From the NCBI GenBank assembly GCA_964418745.1, contig CAYQMX010000015.1, positions 3,137 through 67,136 on the forward strand: DNA of 64,000 nucleotides, given 5' to 3'. The translations under genes were made by a program, and so were the position numbers. The notes beneath the pieces are model-generated. The model ran no database searches, was not told where the DNA came from, and was given only the letters and a program-made list of their open reading frames with translations. Origin of the DNA: an uncultured Vitreoscilla sp. Its GTDB lineage: Bacteria > Pseudomonadota > Gammaproteobacteria > Burkholderiales > Burkholderiaceae_C. How positions within the stretch are numbered: the first letter of the stretch is position 1; each line of letters starts with the position of its first letter. Positions 51,388 through 63,500 of this stretch are shown in pieces.

Positions 51388-52446
51388 ATGGTGATCAAGG
51401 TCTACGTCGTCGACGACTCCGCCGTGGTGCGGCAGGCCTTCGTGCACCTGCTCCAGGGCGACCCCGAGATCGTCCTGATGGGCAGCGCCCCCAATCCCCT
51501 GATCGCCGGTCCGGTGATCCGCCGCACGCCGCCCGACGTGCTCCTGCTGGACATCGAGATGCCGGGCATGGACGGCCTGACCTTCCTGCGCCAGTTGATG
51601 AGCGAGACGCCGATCCCGACCGTCATCTGCTCGACGCTGAGCACGCACGGCAGCCGGGTGGCCCTGGAGGCCCTGGCTGCCGGCGCGGTGTCCGTGATCG
51701 CCAAGCCGCGCCTGGGGCTGAAGCAGTTCCTGGAGGATTCTCGGCGCGAACTGGTGCAGGCGCTGAAGGCTGCGGCGCGCTCGCGCCCGCGCAGCGTGGC
51801 GACCGCGCGTTCGGCGCCGTGCGCAGCGCCGAGCGGGCCGCATCCTGCGCCAGGGGGCCTGCACGCGCTGGCCATGAACAAGCCCGTGGTGCTGGGCAGT
51901 TCCACCGGCGGCACCCAAGCCATCGAATCGGTCCTGATGGCCTTGCCGCGCGACTGTCCGGGCATCGCGATCGTGCAGCACATGCCCGAGAAGTTCACCG
52001 AGGCCTACGCGCAACGCCTGGACCGGTCCTGCGCGATGCGCGTGCGCGAGGCGCGCGACGGCGACCGCCTGGAGCGCGGCCTGGTGCTGATCGCGCCGGG
52101 CGGACGCCACCTGCAACTGCGCAAGGCCGGCGGCCAGTATTACGCGGTGGTGGCCGACGGTCCGCCGGTCAATCGCCACAGGCCGTCGGTGGACGTGCTG
52201 TTCCGCTCGGCCGCCGCGTGCGCCGACCGCGACGTTCTGGCCATCCTGCTCACCGGCATGGGCGACGACGGCGCCCGCGGCATGAAGTTGCTGCACGACT
52301 GCGGCGCCTTCACCGTGGCCCAGGACGAGGCCAGTTGCGTCGTCTTCGGCATGCCCATGGAAGCGATTCGCCTGGGGGCCGTCGACGAGGTGCTGGGCCT
52401 GGCGAAGATCGCCCAGGCGATCCGGGACTTCGATGCGAGAGGCTGA
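51388..52446 (+). CDS. cheB: Chemotaxis response regulator protein-glutamate methylesterase CheB
   Basis: REC (VYVVDDSAVVRQ...DVLLLDIEMPGMDG) plus methylesterase motifs (GSSTGGTQA, QHMP, GMGDDGA). Confidence 0.93.
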   Translation: MVIKVYVVDDSAVVRQAFVHLLQGDPEIVLMGSAPNPLIAGPVIRRTPPDVLLLDIEMPGMDGLTFLRQLMSETPIPTVICSTLSTHGSRVALEALAAGAVSVIAKPRLGLKQFLEDSRRELVQALKAAARSRPRSVATARSAPCAAPSGPHPAPGGLHALAMNKPVVLGSSTGGTQAIESVLMALPRDCPGIAIVQHMPEKFTEAYAQRLDRSCAMRVREARDGDRLERGLVLIAPGGRHLQLRKAGGQYYAVVADGPPVNRHRPSVDVLFRSAAACADRDVLAILLTGMGDDGARGMKLLHDCGAFTVAQDEASCVVFGMPMEAIRLGAVDEVLGLAKIAQAIRDFDARG

Positions 52447-52474
52447 CGAGGGCGTCGAATAGAATTATTGGAAC

Positions 52475-53113
52475 GTGCCCAGTGAAATACGCGCCTACAC
52501 CACCGTCGACGTCGCCAGGCGCCTGGACGTCTCGCTTCAGACAGTTCAACGCTGGGTGGATGCCGGCATCCTCACGGGCTGGAAGACACCGGGCGGGCAT
52601 CGGCGCATCGACGCGGCGAGCGCCGAGCGACTCTTCGCGCAAGGCAGGGCGCGCACGATGCCAGTGGTCGTCGTCATCGACAACAAGCCGACCGCACGCG
52701 AGCGACTGGTGGCGCTGATCCGCCAAGCCTTGCCGGGGGCCGAAGTTGCAGCGGTCGAAGATGGTTTCCAAGGCCTGGTCGCCATCGGTCGAGTCGACCC
52801 CGACATCATCGTCACCGAGGTGAGGATGCCGCATATGGACGGCATCGAGATGTTGCGCAGCCTGGTCGGCGCAGCGTTGCCCAAGCCACGGGCGTTCATC
52901 GCCGTCACTGGACTGACGGAGCCCGAACTGACTGCGCTTGGCCCTCTGCCGCGCAATGTCCTGCTGCTCAGGAAGCCGCCGAACGCCGAGGAGTTCATCG
53001 CTGCGCTCCAGGACCGGGCTGGCTGCATGAAGCCCACGGCCGCATCGCCTTCCATGGTTTCCGCGCCGGAGAAGCGAAAAACGCGCGGGCGGCATGTGCA
53101 GGGCAGCGAATGA
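52475..53113 (+). CDS. HTH (excisionase/MerR-like) - receiver-domain regulator with Glu at the phospho-acceptor position
   Basis: N-terminal YTTVDVARRLDVSLQTVQRWVDAGIL...GGHRRI HTH. The C-terminal receiver-like fold aligns DIIVTEVRMPHMDG with HLIVSDVNMPNMDG of the local CheY. GTG start. Confidence 0.75.
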   Translation: MPSEIRAYTTVDVARRLDVSLQTVQRWVDAGILTGWKTPGGHRRIDAASAERLFAQGRARTMPVVVVIDNKPTARERLVALIRQALPGAEVAAVEDGFQGLVAIGRVDPDIIVTEVRMPHMDGIEMLRSLVGAALPKPRAFIAVTGLTEPELTALGPLPRNVLLLRKPPNAEEFIAALQDRAGCMKPTAASPSMVSAPEKRKTRGRHVQGSE

Positions 53114-53190
53114 CGTAAAAAAGGGCCGGCCCGCTTGACGCGATCCGGCGCGATGCGCCTGCCCGCACGCGGGCGGCGCGGCTCCAGAAA

Positions 53191-53397
53191 TCAGTTGGCG
53201 GCGATCGTGGCCTGGGCGACGACCTGCGCGTCGGCCGCCGACGACGACGTGTAGATGGTGGTGCCGTCGGCCGCGGCGACGGTGGCCCAGCGGCCGGCGT
53301 CGTGCGACAGGGCGTTCCCGCCGAAGGCCTCGAGCGCCAGCACGGCGGCCAGCAGCAGGGTGGACGGGGCGATCTTGGAAGTCTTGGTCTTGGTCAT
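53191..53397 (-). CDS. Small secreted hypothetical protein (68 aa)
   Basis: Signal-peptide-like N-terminus MTKTKTSKIAPSTLLLAAVLALEAFG. GGAGGG lies upstream of ATG 53397. No recognisable family. Confidence 0.4.
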   Translation of the reverse strand: MTKTKTSKIAPSTLLLAAVLALEAFGGNALSHDAGRWATVAAADGTTIYTSSSAADAQVVAQATIAAN

Positions 53398-53642
53398 GTG
53401 TATCCCTCCGGAACTGGGTGCCGACGGTGCCACGGGCGGGCGGTCGGTCAGCGCCGCGCTTCCGACGGAAGCCACTTGATCAGCGCGAGCCCATCGTAGG
53501 GGCGACGCCGGCCGCGCGGATCACTTCGGCCCCCGTAACCGGCGCGCGCCGCGTCGAATACATCACGGTTACAAGATGTTTCCGAGGCGATTTCGCCTTC
53601 AGGCGCCGCCGCGCGGGCCGATAAGCGCCGTTGGAGCCTTCG

Positions 53643-53663
53643 AAAAAGGCGTGCCGCGCCTTT
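53643..53663 (-). terminator. Rho-independent terminator directly after dadA (bidirectional shape)
   Basis: AAAGGCG-TGCCG-CGCCTTT hairpin (53645-53663) flanked by an A-run on the plus strand. On the minus-strand RNA the hairpin is followed by UUUUU. Confidence 0.65.
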
Positions 53664-53665
53664 GT

Positions 53666-54922
53666 TCAGGCGTCGTAGCGCGCGGCCGTGAGGCCGTCGA
53701 AATCGATCTCGGGGGGACGCCCGCTCAGCAGGTCGGCGATCGCGCGGCCGGTGCCGGCGGCCATCGTCCAGCCCAGCGTGCCGTGGCCGGTGGCCAGCGT
53801 CAGGTTCTCCAGCTTCGTGGCGCCCATCACCGGCGTACCGTCGGGGGTCATCGGGCGCAGCCCGGTCCAGAACGTCGTCTTGCGCAGGTCGCCGGCGTCG
53901 GGGAACAGGTCGGTCAGCACGAATTCGAGCGTCTTGCGGCGCGCGTCGTCCAGCTTCAGGTCGTAGCCCGAGAGCTGGGCCATGCCGCCGACGCGGATGC
54001 GGTCGCCCAGGCGCGTGACGGCCACCTTGTGGGTCTCGTCCATGATGGTGGATTCGGGCGCAGCGGCGGCGTCCTTGATCGGCACCGTGATCGAGAACCC
54101 CTTGACCGGATAGACCGGGATGCGGATGCCCAGCGGTTCGAGCCAGCGCGGCGAATAGCTGCCCAGCGCCAGCACCACCTGGTCGGCGACCAGCCGGCCG
54201 GCGTCGGTGTCGACGCCGGTGACGCGCCTGCCGTCGCTGGCCAACCCGCGGATCTCGACGCCGAAGCGGAACTTCGCACCGAGCTCCTCGGCCATCCTGG
54301 CCAGCCGCTGCGTGAACAGGAAGCAGTCGCCGGTCTCGTCGCCGGGCAGGCGCAGCGCGCCGACGAACTTGTGCCTGACGGCCGCCAGCGCGGGCTCGTA
54401 CTGCAGGTAGCCGGCGGTGTCGAGGACCTGGTAGGGCACGCCGTACTGGTCCAGGATCTCGGTGTCCTTGTGCACCCCATCGAGCTGCTTTTGCGTGCGA
54501 AAGAGCTGCAGCGTGCCTTGGGCGCGGTCGTCGTAGGCGATGCCCGTCTCGGCGCGCAGTTCCTTGAGGCAGTCGCGGCTGTATTCGGCCACGCGCACCA
54601 TGCGCGCCTTGTTGACCCGGTAGCGCGCCTCGGTGCAGTTGCGCAGCATCGAGAAGCCCCAGCGCCACATCGAGGCCTCCAGCATCGGCTTGATGATCAG
54701 CGGGCTGTGGTTCATCAGCAGCCACTTGATGGCCTTGACCGGCACGCCGGGCCCGGCCCAGGGCGAGGCGTAGCCCGGCGAGACCTCGCCGGCGTTGCCG
54801 AAGCTCGTCTCCAGCGCGGGCCCGGGCTGGCGGTCGACGACGGTGACGTCGTGGCCCGCGCGGGCCAGGTAGTAGGCGATCGAGGTGCCGATCACGCCGC
54901 TGCCGAGGACGAGGATGGTCAT
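53666..54922 (-). CDS. dadA: D-amino acid dehydrogenase small subunit DadA
   Basis: [23 protein letters not shown] fold, [20 protein letters not shown](F/Y)S, and [13 protein letters not shown]-terminal motif. ATG at 54922 chosen inside the track ORF. Confidence 0.92.
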   Translation of the reverse strand: MTILVLGSGVIGTSIAYYLARAGHDVTVVDRQPGPALETSFGNAGEVSPGYASPWAGPGVPVKAIKWLLMNHSPLIIKPMLEASMWRWGFSMLRNCTEARYRVNKARMVRVAEYSRDCLKELRAETGIAYDDRAQGTLQLFRTQKQLDGVHKDTEILDQYGVPYQVLDTAGYLQYEPALAAVRHKFVGALRLPGDETGDCFLFTQRLARMAEELGAKFRFGVEIRGLASDGRRVTGVDTDAGRLVADQVVLALGSYSPRWLEPLGIRIPVYPVKGFSITVPIKDAAAAPESTIMDETHKVAVTRLGDRIRVGGMAQLSGYDLKLDDARRKTLEFVLTDLFPDAGDLRKTTFWTGLRPMTPDGTPVMGATKLENLTLATGHGTLGWTMAAGTGRAIADLLSGRPPEIDFDGLTAARYDA

Positions 54923-55031
54923 GGGAGGACGCCTTCTCAAGGGTGCGCCAACTATCGCACGGCCGGCGCCGCCGACGGAACCATCGGCGCCGGGCGGGCT
55001 CCCAGACCTTCCGCCCCCGCGGCATGCCAAG

Positions 55032-57776
<2,745 letters not shown>

Positions 57777-58007
57777 TTGGACGAGGACCTGCCGCCGCTG
57801 CCGCCCGCCGAGCCCGGCCGCTACCGCCACTACAAGGGTGGCGAGTACGAACTGGTGGGCGTGGCGCGCCACAGCGAGACGCTGGAGCCGCTGGTGATCT
57901 ACCGGCCGCTGTACAACGCCACCGGTCTGTGGGCGCGCCCGCACGCGATGTTCTTCGGCGAGCTCGAGGTCGACGGCCGGCTGCAGCCGCGTTTCGTCCG
58001 CCTCTAG
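57777..58007 (+). CDS. DUF1653 domain protein
   Basis: GRYRHYKGGEYELVGVARHSETLEPLVIYRPLY...WARP..MF is the DUF1653 signature. The only in-frame start candidate is TTG 57777, immediately after the M16 TAG stop. Confidence 0.75.
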   Translation: MDEDLPPLPPAEPGRYRHYKGGEYELVGVARHSETLEPLVIYRPLYNATGLWARPHAMFFGELEVDGRLQPRFVRL

Positions 58008-58182
58008 CGCGCCCCGCGGCGCCGCCCGGTCGCGCCGCCGCGCCGTCGATTCGCGTCCGGAAATCGACGGTCGGTCGCCTCGGCGACCCGCACCGGGCCC
58101 GGTGCCGATATGCTTGCGCCTTTCGAGTCCGCCGTTGCGGACTCGCCAGTGTTGCCAAAAGAATCCCAGAGGAGCCAGTCAG

Positions 58183-59352
58183 ATGACGCTGTCCCGCCGC
58201 TTCGCCGTGCCCCGTTCGACCCCCATCGCCGTCGCGCTCGCGCTGGTCCTGGCCGCCGGCCTGCTCGCCGGCTGCAACCGGCCCGGCGCGGCCGCCGCCG
58301 CCGGGGCCGCATCGGCGCCGGCCGCGTCGCTGCTGATCGCGGCCGAGGACGTGCGCACGGTCGGACTGCAGACACATGCGTCCGGCCCGGTCATCACCGG
58401 CTCCATCCAGCCCGAGCGCCGCGCCGACCTGCGCGCCGAGATCTCGGCGGTGGTGCTGCAGGTGCTCAAGGACAACGGCGAGCCGGTGCACAAGGGCGAC
58501 CTGCTGGTGCGCCTGGACGACACCGCGATCCGCGACAGCCTGCAGTCGGCCGAGGAGGCCGGCCGTGCCGCCGCCCAGGCGCTGGACCAGGCGCAGCGCC
58601 AGTACGCCCGCGTGAAGACGCTGCAGGCCGAGGGCATGAGCTCGCAGCAGGCGCTCGACGACGCCGAGGTGCGCCGCAACACCGCGCAGAGCGAGCGCGT
58701 GGCCGCCGACTCGCGCACCGTCGCCGCGCGCCAGCAGCGCACCCGCACCGAGGTGCGGGCGCCGTTCGACGGTGTGGTCAGCGACCGCAAGGTCTCGGCC
58801 GGCGACACCGCCGCCATCGGCAAGGAACTGCTCAAGGTGATCGACCCGGCCAGCATGCGCTTCGAGGGCCTGGTGTCGGCCGACCGCATGGGCGACATCC
58901 ACGTCGGCCAGGTGGTGCAGTTCCGCATCAACGGCTTCGACCGGACCGACTTCACGGGCAAGGTGCGCCACGTCGATGCGACCGCCGACGCTCTCACGCG
59001 CCAGGTGGCCGTGATCGTCGACTTCGCACCTGGCACCGCACCCAAGGTGGCCGGCCTCTACGCCGAGGGCCGCATCTCGTCCGACAGTGCCCAGGCCATC
59101 CTGCTGCCCGAGGCCGCGGTGGTCAAGGAAGGCGACAGCACCTACGTCTGGCGCCTGGTGGGCACCACGCTGGCCAAGACCCCGGTCAAGCTCGGCGAGC
59201 GCGATGCGCGCCTGGGCAACGTGGTGGTGCTGTCGGGTATCGCCACGGGCGACCGCGTGCTGCGCACGCCGGGCTCCACGCTGGCCAACGGACAGAAGTT
59301 CGAGATGGCGAAGCCGGTGGCGCCGGCCGCCTCGGTGGCGCCGGGCGCCTGA
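58183..59352 (+). CDS. Efflux RND transporter periplasmic adaptor subunit (lipoprotein)
   Basis: Lipobox LLAGC, a biotinyl-lipoyl-like GDLLVRLDD, a coiled-coil segment, APFDGVVSDRKVSAGD, and beta-barrel/MP domains. GAGGAG RBS upstream of ATG 58183. Confidence 0.9.
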   Translation: MTLSRRFAVPRSTPIAVALALVLAAGLLAGCNRPGAAAAAGAASAPAASLLIAAEDVRTVGLQTHASGPVITGSIQPERRADLRAEISAVVLQVLKDNGEPVHKGDLLVRLDDTAIRDSLQSAEEAGRAAAQALDQAQRQYARVKTLQAEGMSSQQALDDAEVRRNTAQSERVAADSRTVAARQQRTRTEVRAPFDGVVSDRKVSAGDTAAIGKELLKVIDPASMRFEGLVSADRMGDIHVGQVVQFRINGFDRTDFTGKVRHVDATADALTRQVAVIVDFAPGTAPKVAGLYAEGRISSDSAQAILLPEAAVVKEGDSTYVWRLVGTTLAKTPVKLGERDARLGNVVVLSGIATGDRVLRTPGSTLANGQKFEMAKPVAPAASVAPGA

Positions 59353-59365
59353 ACGGGAGCGAACG

Positions 59366-62300
59366 ATGTTTCTTTCCGACTTCAGCATCAAGCGGCCGGT
59401 GGCCGCGATCGTCATCATCATCACGCTGATGGGGCTGGGCCTGATCGCCCTCAACAAGCTTCGCGTCAACCAGATCCCCGACGTCGAGCAGCCCGTGATG
59501 GTGGTCAGCATCACCTACCCGGGCGCGTCGCCCGACACCGTCGAGCGCGAGATCGTCAATCGCATCGAGCGCGCGCTGCAGGGCATCGAAGGGGTCGACC
59601 AGACGCGCTCGTCGTCCACCGCCAGCGAGGGCAACGCCCAGTTCGTGCTGGTGTTCGACTTCCACAAGAACATGGTGCAGGCCTCCGACGAGGTGCGCAA
59701 CGCCATCGGCACGGTACGCTACAAGCTGCCCACCGAGATGCGCGAGCCGGTGCTCACCCGCATCGATCCGTCGGCCCAGCCCATCATGCAGATCGCGCTG
59801 GCCTCGTCCACGCTGTCGCACGCCGAGATCTCGCGCCTGGCCGAGGACCAGCTGGCCGACCGCTTCCGCGCGCTGCCCGGCGTGGCCACGGTCAACGTCA
59901 ACGGCTCGCTCACTCGCGAGCTGAGCGTGCTGCTGCACGCGCAGAAGCTGCGCGAATTCGGCGTCTCGGTCACCGAGGTGGTCAACGCGCTGCGCGCGCA
60001 GAACGCCACCGCGCCGGTGGGCAAGGTGCGCGGCGCGCTGGAAGACCAGAGCATCCGCCTGGTCGGCCGCTTCGAGTCGCCCGCCGAGTTCAACCAGATG
60101 CTGATCAAGCGCAGCGGCGACAACCTGATCCGCCTGGGCCAGGTCGCCACCGTGCAGGACGGCTTCGCCGAGATGGGCGGCTACAACGAGCACAACGGCC
60201 AGCCCAACGTGGGCATCTCGGTCACCCGCACCCGCGACGGCAGCACCGTGACCATCGCCAAGGAGGTGCGCGACCTGGTCGAGACGATCAACAAGGAACA
60301 GGCCGGCAAGGCCAAGCTCGACGTCACCCAGGACGGTGGCAACGACGCGCAGAGCAGCCTCGACAACGTCGTGCATTCGCTCTTCTTCGGCGCCGGCCTG
60401 ACGATCCTGGTGGTCTACGTGTTCCTGAACTCGTGGCGCTCGACGCTGATCACGGGCCTGAGCCTGCCCACTTCGGTCATCACCGCCTTCATCGCGGTGT
60501 GGCTGTGCGGCTTCACGCTCAACTTCATGAGCCTGCTGGGCCTGTCGCTGGCCATCGGGGTGCTGATCGACGACGCGATCGTGGTGCGCGAGAACATCGT
60601 GCGCCACATGCAGCGCGGCGAGGATCGGCGCACTGCGGCACTCAACGGCACGGCCGAGATCGGCATGGCGGTGGCCTCGACCACGTTCTCCATCGTCGCG
60701 GTGTTCGCGCCGGTGGCGTTCATCCCCGGCATCACCGGCGAGTGGTTCCGGCCGTTCGGACTGACCGTGGTCGCCTCGGTGATCGTCAGCCTGTTCATCT
60801 CGTTCACGCTCGATCCGATGCTGTCGGCCTATTGGGGCGACCCGGTGGACCTGCACAACGCGCCGCGCAAGGGCATCGGCCGCATCCTGCAGCGCTTCAA
60901 CGACTGGTTCGACCACCAGGCCGACCGCTACGGCCGCGTCATCGAGTGGGCGCTGCACCACCGCTGGTACATGGGCTGGGCGGCGTTCCTGAGCTTCGTG
61001 CTGGCGCTGGCGCTGCAGGGCGCGCTCGGCGGCTCCGACTTCCTGCCCAAGTCCGACAGCGGCACGCTGGCGGTCGACGTGCGCATGCCGCCCAGCAGCA
61101 GCCTGGACTACGCGCGCATGAAGCTCGAGGCCGGCATGGCGCTGGCCAAGACGCTGCCCGAGACGGTGGCCACCAACGGCTTCATCAACGCCAACCAGGG
61201 CCGCATCTACATCGACATCGGCAAGAGCACGCAGCGCAAGCGCAGCGCGACCGAGGTCGGCATCGACCTGCGCAAGCAGATGGCGCGGCTCGTCGGCGCC
61301 GAGTACACCGTGATCGACGACCTCAGCAACGGCGCCCAGAAGCCGGTGCAGATCCGCTTCCACGGCACCGATTCGCGGCGCCTGCTGGCCATCACCAACG
61401 ACTTCATGGACAAGCTGCGCCAGGTCAAGGGCGCGGTGGACGTCGGCCTGTCCGAGCAGGATCCGCAGCAGGAACTGCGCATCGACCTGGATCGCGGGCT
61501 GGCCAACTCGATGGGCGTGTCCGTCAACGACGCCGCGCAGTCGCTGCGCGTGGCGTTCGCCGGCGTGGAGGCCGGCGACTGGGTCGACCCGACCGGCGAG
61601 GCGCGCGACGTGGCGGTGCGGCTGGCCCCGGAAGACCGGGTCGACGCGAGCAACATCGAGCGCCTGCCGATCGCCGTGGCCGGCAGCGACCGCATGGTGC
61701 CGCTGGAGCAGATCGCCACCGTGACGATGGGCAAGGCGCCGTCCAAGATCCAGCACGCGAACTCCAAGCGCATGGTGGTGGTCACCGCCAACGCGCAGGG
61801 CCGTTCGTCCGGCGAAGTGACGACCGACGCGTTGAAGATCGCCAACGCGATCCAGTTCCCGCCGGGCTTCGGCATCGAGCTGACCGGCGCGTCGCAGAGC
61901 CAGCAGGAGGTGTTCAGCAACCTGGGCATCGCGCTGATCTCGGGCGTGCTGCTGATGTACCTGGTGCTGGTGATGCAGTTCGGCTCGTTCACCGCGCCGA
62001 TCCCCGTGATGATCTCGTTGCCGCTGAGCCTGATCGGCGTGGTGATCGCGCTGGTGTCCACCCACGGCACGCTCAACCTGATGAGCATCATCGGGGTGAT
62101 CATGCTGATGGGCCTGGTGGCCAAGAACGCCATCCTGCTGCTGGACGCCGCCCGCGCCGAGGAGCGCGAGGGCATGGATCGCGAGGAGGCGCTGATGCAC
62201 GCCGGCCGCAAGCGCCTGCGCCCGATCATGATGACCACCTTCGCGCTGATCGCCGGCATGATGCCGGTGGCCATCGGCCTGGGCGAGGGCGGCGAGTTCT

Positions 62301-62614
62301 ATCGCCCCATGGCGGTCACCATCATCGGCGGCACGATCACGTCGACGATGCTGACGCTGCTGGTGATCCCGTGCTTCTACGATTCCATCGAGATGATGCG
62401 CGAACGCCTGGTCCTCAAGTTCAACCGGCGCTCGGAGCGCTGGACCGCGGTCGGCGGCTTCGTGCTGACGCTGCTCGAGTTCGTCGCCTTCCTGACCACG
62501 CTGCGCTTCTTCTGGCGCCTGGGTCGGCGCGCGCTGGGCCTGCCGACCGGCGGCCTGTGGCGCAAGGAGGCGCCCGCGGCCCCGCACGGCGGGCAACCGG
62601 TGTTCAATCCCTGA
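59366..62614 (+). CDS. Efflux RND transporter permease (AcrB/HAE family)
   Basis: MFLSDFSIKRPVAAIVIIITLMGLGLIALNKL N-terminus, 12 TM helices with two large periplasmic loops, about 1080 aa. Confidence 0.93.
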   Translation: MFLSDFSIKRPVAAIVIIITLMGLGLIALNKLRVNQIPDVEQPVMVVSITYPGASPDTVEREIVNRIERALQGIEGVDQTRSSSTASEGNAQFVLVFDFHKNMVQASDEVRNAIGTVRYKLPTEMREPVLTRIDPSAQPIMQIALASSTLSHAEISRLAEDQLADRFRALPGVATVNVNGSLTRELSVLLHAQKLREFGVSVTEVVNALRAQNATAPVGKVRGALEDQSIRLVGRFESPAEFNQMLIKRSGDNLIRLGQVATVQDGFAEMGGYNEHNGQPNVGISVTRTRDGSTVTIAKEVRDLVETINKEQAGKAKLDVTQDGGNDAQSSLDNVVHSLFFGAGLTILVVYVFLNSWRSTLITGLSLPTSVITAFIAVWLCGFTLNFMSLLGLSLAIGVLIDDAIVVRENIVRHMQRGEDRRTAALNGTAEIGMAVASTTFSIVAVFAPVAFIPGITGEWFRPFGLTVVASVIVSLFISFTLDPMLSAYWGDPVDLHNAPRKGIGRILQRFNDWFDHQADRYGRVIEWALHHRWYMGWAAFLSFVLALALQGALGGSDFLPKSDSGTLAVDVRMPPSSSLDYARMKLEAGMALAKTLPETVATNGFINANQGRIYIDIGKSTQRKRSATEVGIDLRKQMARLVGAEYTVIDDLSNGAQKPVQIRFHGTDSRRLLAITNDFMDKLRQVKGAVDVGLSEQDPQQELRIDLDRGLANSMGVSVNDAAQSLRVAFAGVEAGDWVDPTGEARDVAVRLAPEDRVDASNIERLPIAVAGSDRMVPLEQIATVTMGKAPSKIQHANSKRMVVVTANAQGRSSGEVTTDALKIANAIQFPPGFGIELTGASQSQQEVFSNLGIALISGVLLMYLVLVMQFGSFTAPIPVMISLPLSLIGVVIALVSTHGTLNLMSIIGVIMLMGLVAKNAILLLDAARAEEREGMDREEALMHAGRKRLRPIMMTTFALIAGMMPVAIGLGEGGEFYRPMAVTIIGGTITSTMLTLLVIPCFYDSIEMMRERLVLKFNRRSERWTAVGGFVLTLLEFVAFLTTLRFFWRLGRRALGLPTGGLWRKEAPAAPHGGQPVFNP

Positions 62615-62627
62615 GGAGGGTGCGGCG

Positions 62628-63500
62628 GTGACCCCACGGACCCTGGTCCCGGCCCACACGCTGGCCGAGCCTGACCTGCACGCGGCCACGGTGGCCGCCT
62701 TCGCCGACTATCTGGTCGGCCCGTTCCAGATGGCGTTGGCGCAGTTCCCGTCGTTCGTCGGCCGCCAGGGCATCGACCTGGCGCGCAGCCGGGTGGCGGT
62801 GCGCGACGGCGCGATCGGCGCCTTCGCGTTCGTGTGCCCGCGGCCGGAGGTCGGTCGCTGGCGCCTGGGCGTCATGGGCGCACTGCCGGCCGCGCGCGGC
62901 AGCGGTGCCGCGCCGGCCCTGCTCGACGACTTCATCGCCCGCGCCGCCGCCGCCGGGCTGCCGGCGGTGGAACTGGAATGCTTCGCGGAGAACGAGCGCG
63001 CGCTGCGGCTGTATCGCAGCCGCGGCTTCGAGCTGGTGTGCGCGCTCAACGGCTGGCAGGCGCCCGCTGCTGGCGCGGGCGTCCCCGGGGACGCGCCGTC
63101 GGGCGACGTGCGCGCGGTCGAGCGCGCCACCGCGTTCGCGTGGCTGGCGTCCGCCAACCTGCGCTTCGACGGCCTGCCGTTCCCCAACACCGACCGCTCG
63201 CTGGCGGCGCAGACGCGGTCGCTCTCGTTCTGGCAGTACGGCAGCGCGCAGCTCGCGTTCAGCGTCGCCGACGGCACGCCCCCGCAGATCCACAGCCTGG
63301 TCGACCTCGACCCGGCGCTGCGCGACGCCGAGGTGCTGGCCCGGGCGGTGCGCGCGGCGCATCCGGACGTGTTCGCCCCGCCCATCCTGCGCGACGACGT
63401 GGGCGGCGCGGCGCTGCGCCGCGCCGGCTTCGCGCCGCACGGCATGAGCCAGGTACTGATGCAGCGCCGGCTTCAGGCGTCCGACCGCGCCAGCGCCTGA
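62628..63500 (+). CDS. GNAT family N-acetyltransferase
   Basis: GVMGALPAARGSGAAPALLDDFI...VELECFAENERALRLYRSRGFE is the acetyl-CoA-binding motif A region. GTG start. Confidence 0.7.
   Translation: MTPRTLVPAHTLAEPDLHAATVAAFADYLVGPFQMALAQFPSFVGRQGIDLARSRVAVRDGAIGAFAFVCPRPEVGRWRLGVMGALPAARGSGAAPALLDDFIARAAAAGLPAVELECFAENERALRLYRSRGFELVCALNGWQAPAAGAGVPGDAPSGDVRAVERATAFAWLASANLRFDGLPFPNTDRSLAAQTRSLSFWQYGSAQLAFSVADGTPPQIHSLVDLDPALRDAEVLARAVRAAHPDVFAPPILRDDVGGAALRRAGFAPHGMSQVLMQRRLQASDRASA

Noticed and set aside
53117-53136. AAAAAAGGGCCGGCCCGCTT as a terminator between the HTH-REC gene and the small minus-strand ORF
   Set aside because: The 10-nt palindrome can form only a 3-bp stem around a 4-nt loop. 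The T-run on the minus strand is suggestive, but the stem is too weak to call.
59186-62689. 1167-aa minus-strand ORF antisense to the RND permease
   Set aside because: It has no TM pattern or motif and is Arg/Ala/Gly/His-rich. The plus-strand frame is a textbook AcrB-type protein.
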